This document shows positions 1-11,504 of a stretch of DNA of 64,000 nucleotides, one piece after another. Numbering within the stretch: the first letter of the stretch is position 1; each line of letters begins with the position of its first letter. Position numbers and translations under genes: made by a program. The DNA is from a virus. The DNA lies in the IMG/VR virus record IMGVR_UViG_3300047160_018755, positions 1-64,000 of that record. The stretch is one strand, 5' to 3'. The notes under the pieces were generated by a model that saw only the letters and a list, made by a program, of their open reading frames with translations, made no database searches and had not been told where the DNA came from.

Positions 1-66
1 TGCGATCTGTGCCTTCGCTGTGGCTGCACTGCCGCTCTCCATCGTCTTCACGCGGAAAGGAAACGC

Positions 67-705
67 ATGAGCTTCTTCGAGAAGGAGGACTACGACCGCC
101 TCCACGAGCTGGCCTTCGCCCCGGGCTACCCCGGCTACAAGCCCGAGGTCCGCGAGATCCCGAACGGCGACGGCGTCGTCGACCAGGACAAGAAGTACGC
201 GCACATCGCGACGAAATACCTCGACAAGCAGCCCGACCGCGATCTGTACCGCTACTTGAAGAAGGCGCACGACCTGGCGGTCGCTGCGGCGGACTTGGCC
301 AAGATCCCGAAGGCGTTCATGCCGAAGATCGAGTTCGGCGCGCTCCGCATCCTCGACTACCCCGCGGGCGCGGTCTCAGCGAGGCACACGGACTTCGACC
401 TGTTCACGCTGATGGTCTACCGGGACAAGCCGGCCCTCTTCAAGGGGCACGACGTCGAGGTGTCGGAGACGCTCCGCAAGATCCAGCTGCTGAACCCGCA
501 GGCGCACCTCGGCGAGATCGCGGAGCTGCTCGGGCTTGGCGCGGCGACGCCGCACGAGACCCTGGCCAGCCCAGACTGGTCGGGCTCGATCGTGTACTTC
601 GCCATCCCGGACCACGCCGCGGTCCTGCCGACGGGGCAGACGGTCGGCGACTGGATCGCTGAGCGCGTCGCCCGCAGCCGCACGCCCTACAAGCCTACGA
701 CATGA
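67..705 (+). CDS. 2OG-Fe(II) oxygenase (IPNS-like superfamily)
   Basis: RHTDFDLFTL (HxD), distal His in PHETL, C-terminal SIVYFAIPD strand typical of IPNS-like dioxygenases; RBS GGAAAGGAA upstream. Confidence 0.7.
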   Translation: MSFFEKEDYDRLHELAFAPGYPGYKPEVREIPNGDGVVDQDKKYAHIATKYLDKQPDRDLYRYLKKAHDLAVAAADLAKIPKAFMPKIEFGALRILDYPAGAVSARHTDFDLFTLMVYRDKPALFKGHDVEVSETLRKIQLLNPQAHLGEIAELLGLGAATPHETLASPDWSGSIVYFAIPDHAAVLPTGQTVGDWIAERVARSRTPYKPTT

Positions 706-1181
706 GCGCGAACCCGGAAAAGTACGCCGAGTCGCTGGAGCGAGACCTGGAAGCTGTCCGGGCCCGCGCCGCGGCCTGGAAGCAGCTGGCAAAGATCTCT
801 CGTCACGCCGCGAAGATGGCGATGGACCGCCCCGGACTGCTCCTGGCGAACATGATGATCCACGCGGATCGGATTCCAGAGGAGCTGGGGATCGTTGCAG
901 GCGAGTGTCTGGCCTGGGCGTTCGCTGGACTTCTTCAGGACCATCCCGAAGCTCCAAACTATCTCGACCTCATCATGAAGGACTCCAACGGCGTGAGCTA
1001 CGTCGTGACCGTTCAGCGCCCGGGGGGCAAGACCCCCTCCCAGCTGAAGGACGAGGCCATCGTCGAGCGCGACAAGCTCAAGAACGAGCTGGAGACGCTC
1101 ATACGCAATATCGGGATCGACCAGTGCAACAAGGTCTTCTGCGACGAGCCCGGCTGCCCAAAGAACAACCCACGCACATGA
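702..1181 (+). CDS. hypothetical phage protein
   Basis: 159-aa ORF, ATGA-coupled to neighbours; APNYL...VVTVQRPGGKTP segment recalls small phage accessory proteins. Confidence 0.7.
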   Translation: MSANPEKYAESLERDLEAVRARAAAWKQLAKISRHAAKMAMDRPGLLLANMMIHADRIPEELGIVAGECLAWAFAGLLQDHPEAPNYLDLIMKDSNGVSYVVTVQRPGGKTPSQLKDEAIVERDKLKNELETLIRNIGIDQCNKVFCDEPGCPKNNPRT

Positions 1182-1576
1182 TCACCGTCATCGCAGTTAT
1201 CCTGGGGTCCTGGTTCATCGGCATGGCGACCTACGCCTGGGTGCTCAAGAGCGCCCTGTACTGGTCAGAGACGGAGCTGACGCTCCTGGAGAACAACAGC
1301 GACGAGATCTGGCAGTGGCTGGTCAACGCCAACGGTCGCCGCAAGAGGGTGGAGCGGATCCTCCGGAAGCAGCTGGCGAAGAACGCCAAGCTCCGCAAGG
1401 ACCTCTTCACCATCGGCTGGGAGCTAGGGACCACCAAGCTCAAGTGCATCAAGCTCGCAACCGAGAACGAGGCCCTCCACAAGCGCAACCAGGCCCTTGC
1501 TGGTGAGCTGGTGGATAAGCTCCTCACAGCCCAGGACCGAGAGGGCGTTGTCCAAGGTTTGACCCGTAAGGTTTGA
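1178..1576 (+). CDS. hypothetical membrane-anchored coiled-coil protein
   Basis: ATG 1178 overlaps upstream stop; N-terminal hydrophobic helix then heptad-like region. Confidence 0.65.
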   Translation: MITVIAVILGSWFIGMATYAWVLKSALYWSETELTLLENNSDEIWQWLVNANGRRKRVERILRKQLAKNAKLRKDLFTIGWELGTTKLKCIKLATENEALHKRNQALAGELVDKLLTAQDREGVVQGLTRKV

Positions 1577-1588
1577 TAAGGAGATCAG

Positions 1589-1873
1589 ATGCCAAAGGTA
1601 CGAACGATCGTGGGTGCAGTGCTCGGGGTGATGCTGTCGGTGAATGCCGGCTACGACTTCGCCCGCTACCAAGTCAAGCGCAGCGTCGAGCGCAAGGTCG
1701 AGGCGGCGCTGAACGACGTCGCCAGCTCCTTCGGCGCCACCGCCAAGGTGAACGGATGCTACAACGTCCGCGACCTGGGCTGGATCTGCGACATGACCGC
1801 ATTCTCGCCCGACGGCAAGGAACACCACCGCGGCGAGCATCTCTTCACCTACGAAGAGCTGAACGAGTTCTAG
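1589..1873 (+). CDS. small exported/membrane protein
   Basis: RBS AAGGAG; N-terminal hydrophobic segment; two Cys. Confidence 0.7.
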   Translation: MPKVRTIVGAVLGVMLSVNAGYDFARYQVKRSVERKVEAALNDVASSFGATAKVNGCYNVRDLGWICDMTAFSPDGKEHHRGEHLFTYEELNEF

Positions 1874-1905
1874 ATTCGATAGAAGTTGAACAAGGAGTCC
1901 CACAC

Positions 1906-2445
1906 ATGAGCGACCAGCAGCAGCAAGACCAGGGCCTTCTGGCCCGCATCGCCCGCACCGAGGGCGCCCAGAACGAGATCATCGAGACCCTCCAGGCCAT
2001 CACCGCGGTGATCGGTCAGGGCGAGGTCCAGGCACGCCTCGGCGCCATCAAGCGCGACAAGATGAAGCAGATCGTCGACGAGGCCGTCAAGCAGGGCCAG
2101 CTGACGACCGCTGACGAGGTGGAGGAGAACTCCTTCATCGTCGGTCACCAGAAGGACGCGCAGGGCAACGTGCTGTTCCCGGGCCGCTTCCAGGTCTTCG
2201 CGAGCGAGGTCCTGGAGAACGTTCGCAAGCTCCTGGTCGGCAAGGTGTCGGGCGAGGACGTGACCCTGGAGGACGGCGGCGTCGTCACCATCGACGAGAT
2301 CTACGGTCCGCCGCCCGAGACCAAGGCGGCCGAGCCGGCGCCCAAGGCGCCCAAGAAGACCAAGCCGCCCAAGGGTAGCGTGGTCAAGTCTGTGACTCCG
2401 GTCCGGACCGTGTCTGCGGTGCCGGTCCCCGGATCGCAGAATTAG
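1906..2445 (+). CDS. hypothetical protein
   Basis: RBS AAGGAG, ATG 1906 within ORF 1573-2445; Pro/Lys-rich tail. Confidence 0.7.
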   Translation: MSDQQQQDQGLLARIARTEGAQNEIIETLQAITAVIGQGEVQARLGAIKRDKMKQIVDEAVKQGQLTTADEVEENSFIVGHQKDAQGNVLFPGRFQVFASEVLENVRKLLVGKVSGEDVTLEDGGVVTIDEIYGPPPETKAAEPAPKAPKKTKPPKGSVVKSVTPVRTVSAVPVPGSQN

Positions 2446-5400
2446 CTAGTCGCCCACCAGAGCTGGATGTAGACGGTGTCGCCGTTGGCATCGATGCACT
2501 CCAGCCACGTGCGCGCCTCGACCTGAACGGTTCCCGTCGGCTGCACCCACGAGCTGTAGAGCACGTTGCCGGAAACGCCGCCGACGGCCGGGGCGATGTT
2601 GCCGGAGACGAACTTGATGAGGTTGGCGGCATGGTCGACCTTGAATGTCGTCGACGTTCCGGCCTGGAAGATGATGTCGACCGTACGGCCACGCAGGGTG
2701 AGGCCACCGTTGGTGAGATCGATGAGGCAGTTCGGGGCCGCGGCGTCCGAGTCCTGGAGGCCAAGGCCGCCCGCGCCCGCCACGCCATTGACCTGCTGGG
2801 CGTAGATGAACGAGTAGATAAACGACGAGCTGCCGAGGTTGTAGAGGTTGTTGGCAGCCGGGATGATGTTGCCCGTGGTCGTGATCTGCGACGAGTCCAG
2901 GATGATGCTGGTGTTGGCGGAGACGTTGTTCTGGATGGTGAGGTTCGAGCCCTGCGACTGGATCGACGAGTCGACCGTGAGGAAGTTGATGTACCCGTGG
3001 GCCCAGGCCGTGCCCGCGGCTCCAAAGTCGTAGGTCGAGTCAGCCGCGGGAAGGATCTTCTTCGTGAAGAGCGTTCCCGACGAATCCAGTGCCATCTGCT
3101 CCGAGCCGCCGACGCCCGTGATGAAGTTGATTCCGTAGGCGCCGTTGACGCCGATGAAGAGGTTGGCGTTGGTCTTCGTGATACCCTGGTCGAAGCTTCC
3201 GTTGAGCAGGATCGCCGTGCCGTAGGAGTCCGGACCCGCGGCGTGGTTGCTGATCGTGAGCGCGGGACCCGTCGCCGGGGTGTACGACCCGTTGTTGTTG
3301 ATGATGAGGCGTTTGTTGGTGTTGTCCCAAACGAAGTTCGAGTTGTCCTGCGAGAGCGTCGAGCCGCCGCCCGAGAACACCACTGAGCCCGAGGTGAGCG
3401 AGACCGGGGCCATGTAGTCGGTGCCGGCCGTAGCCGTCGAGAGCACACCCGTCGTGGTCGTGACCTTGACCAGACCCGTGGTGAGCGCCGAGAGAGCCTG
3501 AGCATTGGGGAGTGCTGCGTCCGCCACCTGGACGATGTACTTCGAGGTGGACGGACCGAAGTCTCCAGCCGCATGCGTGGCAGCCGTGCCGAGGCCAAGG
3601 TTGGTCCTGGCGGTGCTGGCGGTGACGTCGGAGAGGTTGTTGGCAGTCTGGAGGAAGTCGCCCGCGGCGTGCGTAGCCGCCGTGCCGAGGCCCAGGAGCG
3701 TCGAGACGTCCGTGGCCGTCAGCTCCATCGGAGCGTGGGCGCCGCCCGAGACGTTGCCGAGGATGCGGTTGTTGGTGACGTTCTGGATCTTGGCGTACGT
3801 GACCGCGCTGGCCGTAATCGTGGTGGCGGTCGCGCCGGGTCCCGTGCCCGTGACGTCGCCCGTCAACGAAGTGATGCCACCGCTGGAGACGCCCGTGAGG
3901 TTGTGCCACGCGCCGCCGAAGTAGCCGTAGAGACGCCCGTCGGTCGTGTCGATGACGACGGCCTTGCGATCCGTCGCAGGCGCCGCCGAGTCGTAGGCCG
4001 GAACGCCCGTAGGCACGCCAGCCACGGACGGGATGTAGAGGTAGCCGTTGGTGGCGCTCGTGGCCAAGGCCGCGTCGCGGCCCAACATGACGTCGTTCGA
4101 CTGCGTGATGACGATGAAGGGTTCGTGGCCCGCACCACCACCCAGTGGCGCGCTGGCGATGGACGCGAAGTCGCCCGTGTTGCCCGAGGCGCTGACCTGG
4201 AGCACCATGCTGTTGGTGCCAGGCGTGTGGTTGTGGATCCACGCCAGCGTACCCATGCCGGTGTTGGTGTTGTAGTAGGCGTTCCAGACCGCCAGGGCGT
4301 CGCTGACCGTTCCGGCGTTGGTGGTGCGGATGCCGATGCTGGGGCTGCTGCCCAAGAGCGTGACGCGCTCGTTGGTGTCCTCGTAGAGGAAGTTGGCGCT
4401 CGACGTGGGGCGGCCATCGGCGTGCGTGCTGTCGCCGTAGACGACCTGCCACCTGGTGACACCGAGCGCGGCCGGGGTAGCGACGCTGGTGGCGACGGTC
4501 TGGTACAGGAGGCCGGTCGAGAGAGCGCCGAGGTTGGTGGTGTTGGGGAAGGACGAGTCCGCCTGAGTCGTGAGGGCGTGGATGCCGTAGGCGGCGCCGT
4601 CGTCGAAGCTGGCGTAGTGCCACGCACCACCGAGGTAGCCGTAGAGGCGGTTGTCGGTCGTGTCGATGACGATCGCCTTGCGAGCGCCCAGGGTGTGAGC
4701 CGGGACACCCGAGGGGACGCCGGCAGTCGTCGGGAGCCAGACGAAGCCCGTCGTGGAGGTGGTCAGCATCCCGTTCTGGTTGCCGAGGTGGACGTCCAGT
4801 TCGGAGTTGTTGGTGAACACTGTGATCGGCGAGCTGCCCGAGCCGGTGCCCTTGAGGTTGATCTGGTCGTCGGTCGCCGTCTGGGTGACGTTGACGATGT
4901 AGCTGGAGCCCGTGATGCCACCGCCCAAACGGCCCGAGATGAGCACCTGCTGGGCGCCGTTGACCTTGAATTCCTGCGCAGCCCCGCCCGTGGCGTTGGT
5001 GTTCTGGAGCGAGTTGACGACGACGTTGTTGCCGGCCGTGGCCGTGGCAACGGACAGCACGGTGCCGTTGTAGGTGAGGTTCGCCGAGTCAGTCAGGGTG
5101 TGGATGGTGGATCCGACGAACGGGATGCGACCCGCGTTCGAGCCCGGATCGTAGTCCATCACCTGGACAAAGTGAGGCGCCGCGGCTCCGATGTTGAAGT
5201 AGACGCGCAGATCCGAGATGTCAAAGACGCTGGCGACGGAGTTGGCAAGTCCGTAGGCTCCCTTCGCAGCGGCCGAGGGGGTGCCCGGGACGCCGAGGAC
5301 CGACGGCCAGAAGAAGAAGCCGTTGGTGTTGCCTGCCGTCTGTCCGTACGCGCCGCCACCGAAGTTCTTGGCTTGCGGCTGAATGGCAAACGCAGGGCCA

Positions 5401-8400
5401 AACGAAGCATCTTCCCACACGACCGCGCTGGTGGCCGGCTGGGTGCCCAAGGTCGTGTTCACGACATTGATAACCTGGACCGAGGATCCGCTGTTGAACA
5501 CGTATTCGGAGTAGTTCTCGGTGCCGGCCGCACTCCACTTCTGCTGAACGAGGTCGTTGGCGCCAGCGCTCGTGAGGTTGATCACCGGGTCGCCGAAGGT
5601 GCCGTCGCCCGTCAGGGTCAGTGTCTTGGTGCCGACGATGTAGGTGAAGTTCGCCGAGTCGGTCAGAGCGCCGGCCGTGGCCGAGCCGAATGGGACGCGC
5701 GTCGCGGTGGCGGCGTAGTCGTCGAACGTGGAGTAGTGCCATCCCGATCCGTCGTTGAAGTAGAGACGGTGGTCCGTCGTGTCGATCACCATCGGGGCGT
5801 TGGTGACGGCCGTGCGCGTGCCGGTCGAACTCCTCCAACGGGGTACGAGAGGCGTGCCCGAGGGCGCGCCCGACATCGTCGGGAGCCACGCGAATCCCGT
5901 CGTCGAGTTGGTCGGAACCGTGATCGTGCTGCCGACGACGGCGTCCGCCGCGGGCGACATCAGGAGACCGCTGACGGGAGAGAGGAACGTGTTGGGCAGT
6001 GCGACAACTTGCCAAGTCATCGCCAGGTGGCCACTGGAGATGCTCGCGTCGTATTGCGTGTCTACGAACGTTTGCAGCTCGACGCCCTGCTGGAAAGCCA
6101 CGCCCTGGTAGCCGAGGTATTGGACGGACCCGATCGTGTCATTGTCTTGGAGCGCGGCGGGAGAGGCCCAGGTACCGCGCGCCTTGAACGCACCCAACCG
6201 CGAGTAAGCTCCAGCCGATGAAGAGTAATACTGGGCCGCAACGCCTCGCTTGAAGGAGTCCGTACTTTCGTCGATGGCGTTGATTCGCCACGGCTGCGAA
6301 CCGTTAGTGACAGTCGCTGAGGTTCCGGGGGCGCCGACGAGGAGCCTGGAGTTGGTGGCGTCGTAGAGGAGGGTCGCAGAGTCGGTTAGGTTGCCAGCCG
6401 TGGTATCGGCAAACGGGATACGGCCCGCGTTCACCGGGTCGTAGTTGTAGAAGCCCGCGTACTGCCAAGCGCCCTTGGCGACACTGTAGCCGTAGAGCTT
6501 GGTGGTTCCGGTCGACGTGTTGTCGTAGAGCGCGATGGCGCGACGGTTGCCCATTGTCCCGCCAACAGCGTTGGTCGGTGTCACCGTGGGCGTCTGCGTT
6601 TGCGGAATGTACAAGTAGCCGCTGGTGTTGGTACCAGAGAGGTTGCTTGATCCGCCGACGCCAGCGTCGCCGGTCACCATGTCGGCGGTGATGGGGTTGG
6701 CGCCTACTCCCGAGATCGTATTGAAGGTCGAAACCGAGAACAGCGCCGACGTCGCGCTCGGATTGAGGTCGTTACGGAACCTGAGCCGCAGGCTCTGGGT
6801 GGTGCCATTCGTATAGACCTCGTTCAACTCCCACGACGTCGTGCCGCCAAAGGAGAACTGGAACGCCTGCGCAATGTTCGTGGAGGGTAGGTTCGTCGCG
6901 TTCATGACGAACGGCGTAAACGTGACCGCCTGCGAGGCGTCGTAGGTGACAGTCACCTTGCGAGTCGCCGCCGTGTCGTCATATGTCAGGCCCGCCGAAT
7001 CCGTCAAGGTCCCGGCAGTGGCCGCACCGAACGGAATGCGCGTCGGGCTCGCGTCGTAGTTGCTCAGGCGCTGGTACTGCCAGCCGTGAGACTGCGTGTA
7101 GACCCACAGACGGTCATTCGTGCCCGTCTCGATCTCGATGGGGACGCGGTTCTGGGAACGCGTACCGCCGAAGACTTGTGCGGGAGTTCCGCTGGGCTGA
7201 GAGCCGCTGAGCGCCGGGAGGTAGAGGTAGCCGGCCGTGCCACCGGCCGTGATGCTGGAGAGGCCAGTGTAGACGTTCGCGTCCGTGTCGACGCCGAGAG
7301 TAAATCGACTGGTGTTGAACGACGTGCCGATGCCACCGCTCGTGCAGAAGCCGGCCATCTGCGTGATGTTGCCAGTCGAGACCGATCCGTCTGACGGGAT
7401 GCCCGCGCCGAGCAGAACGGAGATGATATGGTTCGTGCCGTCGTAGGGCGCCCACTGGAACTGAACCAGGTTGTCGCCAGCCGCCGACGCCGTCTTCGAG
7501 GCGAAGGTCCCACGTGCCGTGCGGAAAGAGAACTGTCCGGGGATGCCGCCAGCGATTGGGCCGGTGTTGACGGTCGTCATTCGCAGGGTCGGCGCAAATC
7601 CCTCGCCGATCATGTGGAAGTACGTTCCGTTCGCGGCAGCGTTCGCGAGCGTGGCCGTCGACGACGTAAGAGCGCCCGCCATGATGAGCGTGCCGGACGC
7701 GGCGCCGGCATCCGAGTACATGAGCCGCGGCTGCGTGGCTTGCGTCAGCGTTCCATCCGAGGCGCCGAAGGGCAAGTTGCCCTGCGCCATGTTGAGCACG
7801 GTCGGCGTCGAGATCGAAGACGCTGTCGTCTGCTGGAGAACGCCGTTGCCCTTCGTGCCCAGGTTCGTGACGTTGGCCAGCGATGCCGGGTTCTGGGTGA
7901 CGAGAGAGTACGCACCCGCCGCCGCGCCGTCGTCGAACTGGAGGTAGTGCCAGCTGGCCGCACCGCGGTCGTACGTGTAGAAGCGGCGGTTGGTCTGGTC
8001 GATGACAATCGGCCAGCGCACATTGGCGCCGCCCGAGGCAGCGAGGCTCGCGCTTGGAGTCGGTGCCGCGCTCGGAGGACCTGCCACGGTCGAAAGGTAC
8101 GGGAAGCCGATGGTCTTCGACGCCGTCGTGATCAAATCACCGAGGCCGACGTCGAGATTGATGAGGTCGATGGCGAACGAGTTGGTGCCCGCCGCCTGGC
8201 CCGTGCCGTAGGGCCCGATGATGAACGAAGCGTTGGTGACGCCAGTCCAGGTGCTCGGGTTGAGCCACCTCATGCGGAACGCGAGACTCGTGCCTCCGGT
8301 GAGGAAGAGGGCGTCGAGGGATCCAAGCGGCACTCCGCGTGCCTGAAAATAGTAGCCCGAGTTGGTAGTTGCCGCGGTCTCGTTGTTCGTCGAGTTGACG

Positions 8401-9278
8401 ACGATGCCGTTGGTCGCGGCGCTCAGTCCGCCGGGCACTCCCACGAGGAGAGTCTGGTTGCCGCCTGAGCTGAGGTAGGAGAGGTTGGCGCTTTGCGCGA
8501 GGCCGCCGTTGGTGCCCGAGCCAAACGGGATCTGGCCCACGACCATGTTGAGAGCCGAGAACGCCGAGAGCGACGGCGAGCCGGACACGGCCTGCATGAG
8601 CACGCCCTGACCAGCCGAAGCGATGTTGATTGCGTTGGCGGGGGCGTTCGTCGACTTGCCGACGACGTAGAAGGCGGTCGGGTCAGCGTAGTCGGTGTTG
8701 GCCACCGCGATTGAAAGGATGCCCGAGGTGGTCGCGTTCTTGATGATGCCCGTGCCGAGGAGGCCCAGGAACTGCGCGTTGGGCAGGAGCGGATCGGTCG
8801 TGCCCTGGGCGATGAACTTGCCCGTCAGTGCGCCCGGCGGCGGAGTCGACGCGATGGTGATCGTGTTGCCGACCTGGGTCAGCGTGATGTTGCCGCCCGA
8901 GGCGAAGCTGATGTCCCCGAAGATCTCGGGGTTCGCGTCCGCGTGGACGCTGCGCACGCCTTTGTGCGTGTGGTCGTACGCCGCGGCAGTCGGTGCCGTG
9001 CCCGGCGCACCGGTCGCGTTGACGTCGCTGGGCGTGTGGGAGTGGTCGATGCCGACGACCGACCCATCGAGTCCCGGAGGACCAGCCAGGCCGCTCGGGC
9101 CGCGGTCGCCCTTATCGCCCTTGACGCCCCGATCGCCCTTCAGACCCTGAGGTCCGACGCGTCCATCGCGACCAGCGGGTCCAACGAGACCACGCTGACC
9201 TTGCGGACCAATGGGACCGACGAGGCCCTGAGGGCCCCGTTGACCGGCTGGGCCCTGGGGTCCTACGATAACGGCCAC
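2442..9278 (-). CDS. long tail fibre-like protein with N-terminal collagen repeats and 7 internal repeat modules
   Basis: 2278 aa; ~23 Gly-X-Y triplets at N-terminus; Gly/Thr/Ser/Ala-rich; 7 copies of G[YF]x[YWF]xP..sG.P..tP...iviDtt..Rly.y....Wh; RBS AAGGAGG. Confidence 0.8.
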   Translation of the reverse strand: MAVIVGPQGPAGQRGPQGLVGPIGPQGQRGLVGPAGRDGRVGPQGLKGDRGVKGDKGDRGPSGLAGPPGLDGSVVGIDHSHTPSDVNATGAPGTAPTAAAYDHTHKGVRSVHADANPEIFGDISFASGGNITLTQVGNTITIASTPPPGALTGKFIAQGTTDPLLPNAQFLGLLGTGIIKNATTSGILSIAVANTDYADPTAFYVVGKSTNAPANAINIASAGQGVLMQAVSGSPSLSAFSALNMVVGQIPFGSGTNGGLAQSANLSYLSSGGNQTLLVGVPGGLSAATNGIVVNSTNNETAATTNSGYYFQARGVPLGSLDALFLTGGTSLAFRMRWLNPSTWTGVTNASFIIGPYGTGQAAGTNSFAIDLINLDVGLGDLITTASKTIGFPYLSTVAGPPSAAPTPSASLAASGGANVRWPIVIDQTNRRFYTYDRGAASWHYLQFDDGAAAGAYSLVTQNPASLANVTNLGTKGNGVLQQTTASSISTPTVLNMAQGNLPFGASDGTLTQATQPRLMYSDAGAASGTLIMAGALTSSTATLANAAANGTYFHMIGEGFAPTLRMTTVNTGPIAGGIPGQFSFRTARGTFASKTASAAGDNLVQFQWAPYDGTNHIISVLLGAGIPSDGSVSTGNITQMAGFCTSGGIGTSFNTSRFTLGVDTDANVYTGLSSITAGGTAGYLYLPALSGSQPSGTPAQVFGGTRSQNRVPIEIETGTNDRLWVYTQSHGWQYQRLSNYDASPTRIPFGAATAGTLTDSAGLTYDDTAATRKVTVTYDASQAVTFTPFVMNATNLPSTNIAQAFQFSFGGTTSWELNEVYTNGTTQSLRLRFRNDLNPSATSALFSVSTFNTISGVGANPITADMVTGDAGVGGSSNLSGTNTSGYLYIPQTQTPTVTPTNAVGGTMGNRRAIALYDNTSTGTTKLYGYSVAKGAWQYAGFYNYDPVNAGRIPFADTTAGNLTDSATLLYDATNSRLLVGAPGTSATVTNGSQPWRINAIDESTDSFKRGVAAQYYSSSAGAYSRLGAFKARGTWASPAALQDNDTIGSVQYLGYQGVAFQQGVELQTFVDTQYDASISSGHLAMTWQVVALPNTFLSPVSGLLMSPAADAVVGSTITVPTNSTTGFAWLPTMSGAPSGTPLVPRWRSSTGTRTAVTNAPMVIDTTDHRLYFNDGSGWHYSTFDDYAATATRVPFGSATAGALTDSANFTYIVGTKTLTLTGDGTFGDPVINLTSAGANDLVQQKWSAAGTENYSEYVFNSGSSVQVINVVNTTLGTQPATSAVVWEDASFGPAFAIQPQAKNFGGGAYGQTAGNTNGFFFWPSVLGVPGTPSAAAKGAYGLANSVASVFDISDLRVYFNIGAAAPHFVQVMDYDPGSNAGRIPFVGSTIHTLTDSANLTYNGTVLSVATATAGNNVVVNSLQNTNATGGAAQEFKVNGAQQVLISGRLGGGITGSSYIVNVTQTATDDQINLKGTGSGSSPITVFTNNSELDVHLGNQNGMLTTSTTGFVWLPTTAGVPSGVPAHTLGARKAIVIDTTDNRLYGYLGGAWHYASFDDGAAYGIHALTTQADSSFPNTTNLGALSTGLLYQTVATSVATPAALGVTRWQVVYGDSTHADGRPTSSANFLYEDTNERVTLLGSSPSIGIRTTNAGTVSDALAVWNAYYNTNTGMGTLAWIHNHTPGTNSMVLQVSASGNTGDFASIASAPLGGGAGHEPFIVITQSNDVMLGRDAALATSATNGYLYIPSVAGVPTGVPAYDSAAPATDRKAVVIDTTDGRLYGYFGGAWHNLTGVSSGGITSLTGDVTGTGPGATATTITASAVTYAKIQNVTNNRILGNVSGGAHAPMELTATDVSTLLGLGTAATHAAGDFLQTANNLSDVTASTARTNLGLGTAATHAAGDFGPSTSKYIVQVADAALPNAQALSALTTGLVKVTTTTGVLSTATAGTDYMAPVSLTSGSVVFSGGGSTLSQDNSNFVWDNTNKRLIINNNGSYTPATGPALTISNHAAGPDSYGTAILLNGSFDQGITKTNANLFIGVNGAYGINFITGVGGSEQMALDSSGTLFTKKILPAADSTYDFGAAGTAWAHGYINFLTVDSSIQSQGSNLTIQNNVSANTSIILDSSQITTTGNIIPAANNLYNLGSSSFIYSFIYAQQVNGVAGAGGLGLQDSDAAAPNCLIDLTNGGLTLRGRTVDIIFQAGTSTTFKVDHAANLIKFVSGNIAPAVGGVSGNVLYSSWVQPTGTVQVEARTWLECIDANGDTVYIQLWWATS

Positions 9279-9287
9279 GTTGCCTCC

Positions 9288-9665
9288 TTAGGGGACGACT
9301 CGCTTGGCGAACGCGGGATCGACCGGCGCGGTCTGGACTTCGATGTTGAGGGTCGCGCTGCCACCGGCCAGGGCGCTCAGATCGGAGAGCCCGTAGCGGG
9401 GCGCGCCGAAGTTCTCCTGGTCGTGCTTGGTCACGACGGTGTCGGTGGGATCGTTTTCCTGCTTCGTGGGCCAGCGTCGCGCGAGAAGCGTCGTCGATCC
9501 GGTGACCGCCAGGATGCGGACGCGGTAGTGAACGCTGCCGTCCGTCTTGGAGGCCCAGCCGTTCGTGCCCGGGTAGATGTTGGTGGTGCTGTCCACCGTC
9601 AGCACACCAACGGCACTGGCGGCGGTGATGTTGACCTTGACGGCGGGGGCGACAATGCTCGGCAT
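9288..9665 (-). CDS. hypothetical virion-associated protein
   Basis: 125-aa beta-rich ORF in tail block, preceded by CAATCTT motif. Confidence 0.65.
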   Translation of the reverse strand: MPSIVAPAVKVNITAASAVGVLTVDSTTNIYPGTNGWASKTDGSVHYRVRILAVTGSTTLLARRWPTKQENDPTDTVVTKHDQENFGAPRYGLSDLSALAGGSATLNIEVQTAPVDPAFAKRVVP

Positions 9666-9684
9666 GTCTATAAGATTGGGGCCC

Positions 9685-10332
9685 TTATACGGGGACGTAG
9701 AGGCAGTAGTAGAAGATCCGCGCCTTGAGCTGGAACCCGCCCGTCCCTGTAGCTCCGGTGACCACCCGGAAGTAAAGGGCAGCCCCGCTCATGTTCAACA
9801 GCTGTTGAGTTGGGTTGAGGAGGGAGAATCCCGCACACTGTACCGGAGCACCCACGGAGAAGGCACCCGGCGCCCCGAAGGTCGTGACAGTGAAGACGTT
9901 GGTGGTCGCCTGGGCTCCCAGGTTGTCGTGGTTCGCGTTGTTGCCGATGGCCCAGGTAGGCTGGGTCGAGAGCGACCCCGCAGAGACGGTTTCGATGGTG
10001 CGAGTTGCAAACAACTGAGGATAGTACCCAGCAATCGCCGGCATCAGCAGAAGCAACCCCGGAGTCGTCATGTCGACGGAATCGGTGATGTAGGAGTACA
10101 TCTTTCCGTTCAAGATGCCGGCGTGGATCCACTGGCGCGAAGTGTCGTCCAGAGTGGCCACGACGTTGTCTGCGTTCGCGGCGCCCGCGGTAGCGGGGCT
10201 CAGGACGAACTGCTGCGCACCGGAAACCCTGGCGGGCGTAGTGACCCACGCCATCGTTCCCGTGGCGAGTTTGGCAACCGAAATGGCCGCGAGGGCCGTC
10301 GGGGTCGCAGCGGAGATGGGTTGAATGATCAT
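9685..10332 (-). CDS. putative structural protein (paralogue of 10332-11000)
   Basis: shares WVTTPAR..GAQ.F.LSPATAGAANADNV.AT.DD.SRQWI with upstream gene. Confidence 0.65.
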   Translation of the reverse strand: MIIQPISAATPTALAAISVAKLATGTMAWVTTPARVSGAQQFVLSPATAGAANADNVVATLDDTSRQWIHAGILNGKMYSYITDSVDMTTPGLLLLMPAIAGYYPQLFATRTIETVSAGSLSTQPTWAIGNNANHDNLGAQATTNVFTVTTFGAPGAFSVGAPVQCAGFSLLNPTQQLLNMSGAALYFRVVTGATGTGGFQLKARIFYYCLYVPV

Positions 10333-11000
10333 TAGACTGGAACGTAAGCGCAGAAGTAGATGTATCGTCCACGCAGGACGAATCCGCCCGTCCCCGTTGC
10401 GCCGATGGTGACCTTGAGGTACAGAGGCGCTCCGTCCATGTCGAGCGCCTTGGCAGACGTACTGAGAATGGAGGTCGAGCCGACGGAAACCGAAGGTGCT
10501 CCAGTCGAGAACGCCGTGGCGAACGACGTGATCGCAGCCGCTGCAAGCATGTTGTCTTGGTTCACGTTGTTGCCGATCGACCTGGTGGGGCTCGTGGAGA
10601 GGGCTCCGGTGGTCGTGGTGAGGATTACACGTTCGCCATACACCGAAGGGTAGTACCCTTTGATGGCCGGCAAAATCAACGTGGACCCAGTCGCCGTGAG
10701 ATCCATGATAGGCGTCATGCAGACCCTGATCCCACCAAACAGGTCAGCTTCGATCCACTGGCGCGAAGAGTCGTCGGCCGTTGCGATGACGTTGTCGGCG
10801 TTCGCCGCGCCGGCCGTCGCGGGAGACAGAATGAAGAACTGAGCGCCGCCAGGGCGAGCCGGTGTCGTGACGAAAGCAGTCTGGCCGTTGGCGTACGACT
10901 TGACCGGGATGCCAGCGAGATCGGTCGGCGAAGCTGCGCTGATGGCAGAGACGATCTGCTGCTGTGTGGAGTCGCCGTCGGTTCCTTGAAGTGCGCGCAT
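10332..11000 (-). CDS. putative structural protein (paralogue of 9685-10332)
   Basis: tandem paralogue; CAATCTT motif 6 nt before ATG. Confidence 0.65.
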   Translation of the reverse strand: MRALQGTDGDSTQQQIVSAISAASPTDLAGIPVKSYANGQTAFVTTPARPGGAQFFILSPATAGAANADNVIATADDSSRQWIEADLFGGIRVCMTPIMDLTATGSTLILPAIKGYYPSVYGERVILTTTTGALSTSPTRSIGNNVNQDNMLAAAAITSFATAFSTGAPSVSVGSTSILSTSAKALDMDGAPLYLKVTIGATGTGGFVLRGRYIYFCAYVPV

Positions 11001-11018
11001 GACTGAAAGATTGTCTCC

Positions 11019-11504
11019 TTACCCGATCAACAGGAACCCGTAGCCCTTGGTGAATTCTTCCATCTTCCGGGAGCGGTGCATGGCCTTGCCACCCGTGCGC
11101 GAGCCCGCGGCGTTGGTGTTGCCCTCCATCGTCTCCAGGGTCCCTGGAATCTCGCCGGGGCCAATGACGAAGCCCGTGTGGCCGATGCGCGAGCCGCCCT
11201 GCGAGAGGCCGTGGTCGAGCAGGAACACGCAGTTGTAGTCGGGCTTCGCGATGCGCAGCTCCGGGTTGCGCGTCCAGAGCTTGTAGACGCTGCCGCCGTA
11301 CTGGAACTTGGGCTGGATCTTGAGTGCCTTGGCCGCGTGCATGATGCAGAAGCACACGAAGCTCGCGCACCACGGGTTTCCCGGCGGCAGACCCTGCGAG
11401 CGCAGGAACATGTCGATCTCGGGACCGCGGTCGTGCCCCTCGGTCTCGTGCACGCCCTCGTACGAGAGCGCGATGGCAATCGCCGCTTCACCGAGGGTGG
11501 TCAT
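11019..11504 (-). CDS. CHAP-family amidase/peptidase (peptidoglycan hydrolase)
   Basis: PWCASFV catalytic Cys, GHTGFV His, EGNTN motif. Confidence 0.85.
   Translation of the reverse strand: MTTLGEAAIAIALSYEGVHETEGHDRGPEIDMFLRSQGLPPGNPWCASFVCFCIMHAAKALKIQPKFQYGGSVYKLWTRNPELRIAKPDYNCVFLLDHGLSQGGSRIGHTGFVIGPGEIPGTLETMEGNTNAAGSRTGGKAMHRSRKMEEFTKGYGFLLIG

Noticed and set aside
3573-6221. Long + strand ORFs opposite the structural genes (also 12853-14397, 15570-18065, 22365-24509, 24699-26984, 27546-30527)
   Set aside because: Antisense shadows typical of high-GC coding DNA; Arg/Gly/Val-rich, no motifs, fully overlapping well-supported genes
2442-11000. Diversity-generating retroelement acting on the fibre or paralogue pair
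   Set aside because: No reverse transcriptase in the window and no near-identical TR/VR pair differing at adenines was seen
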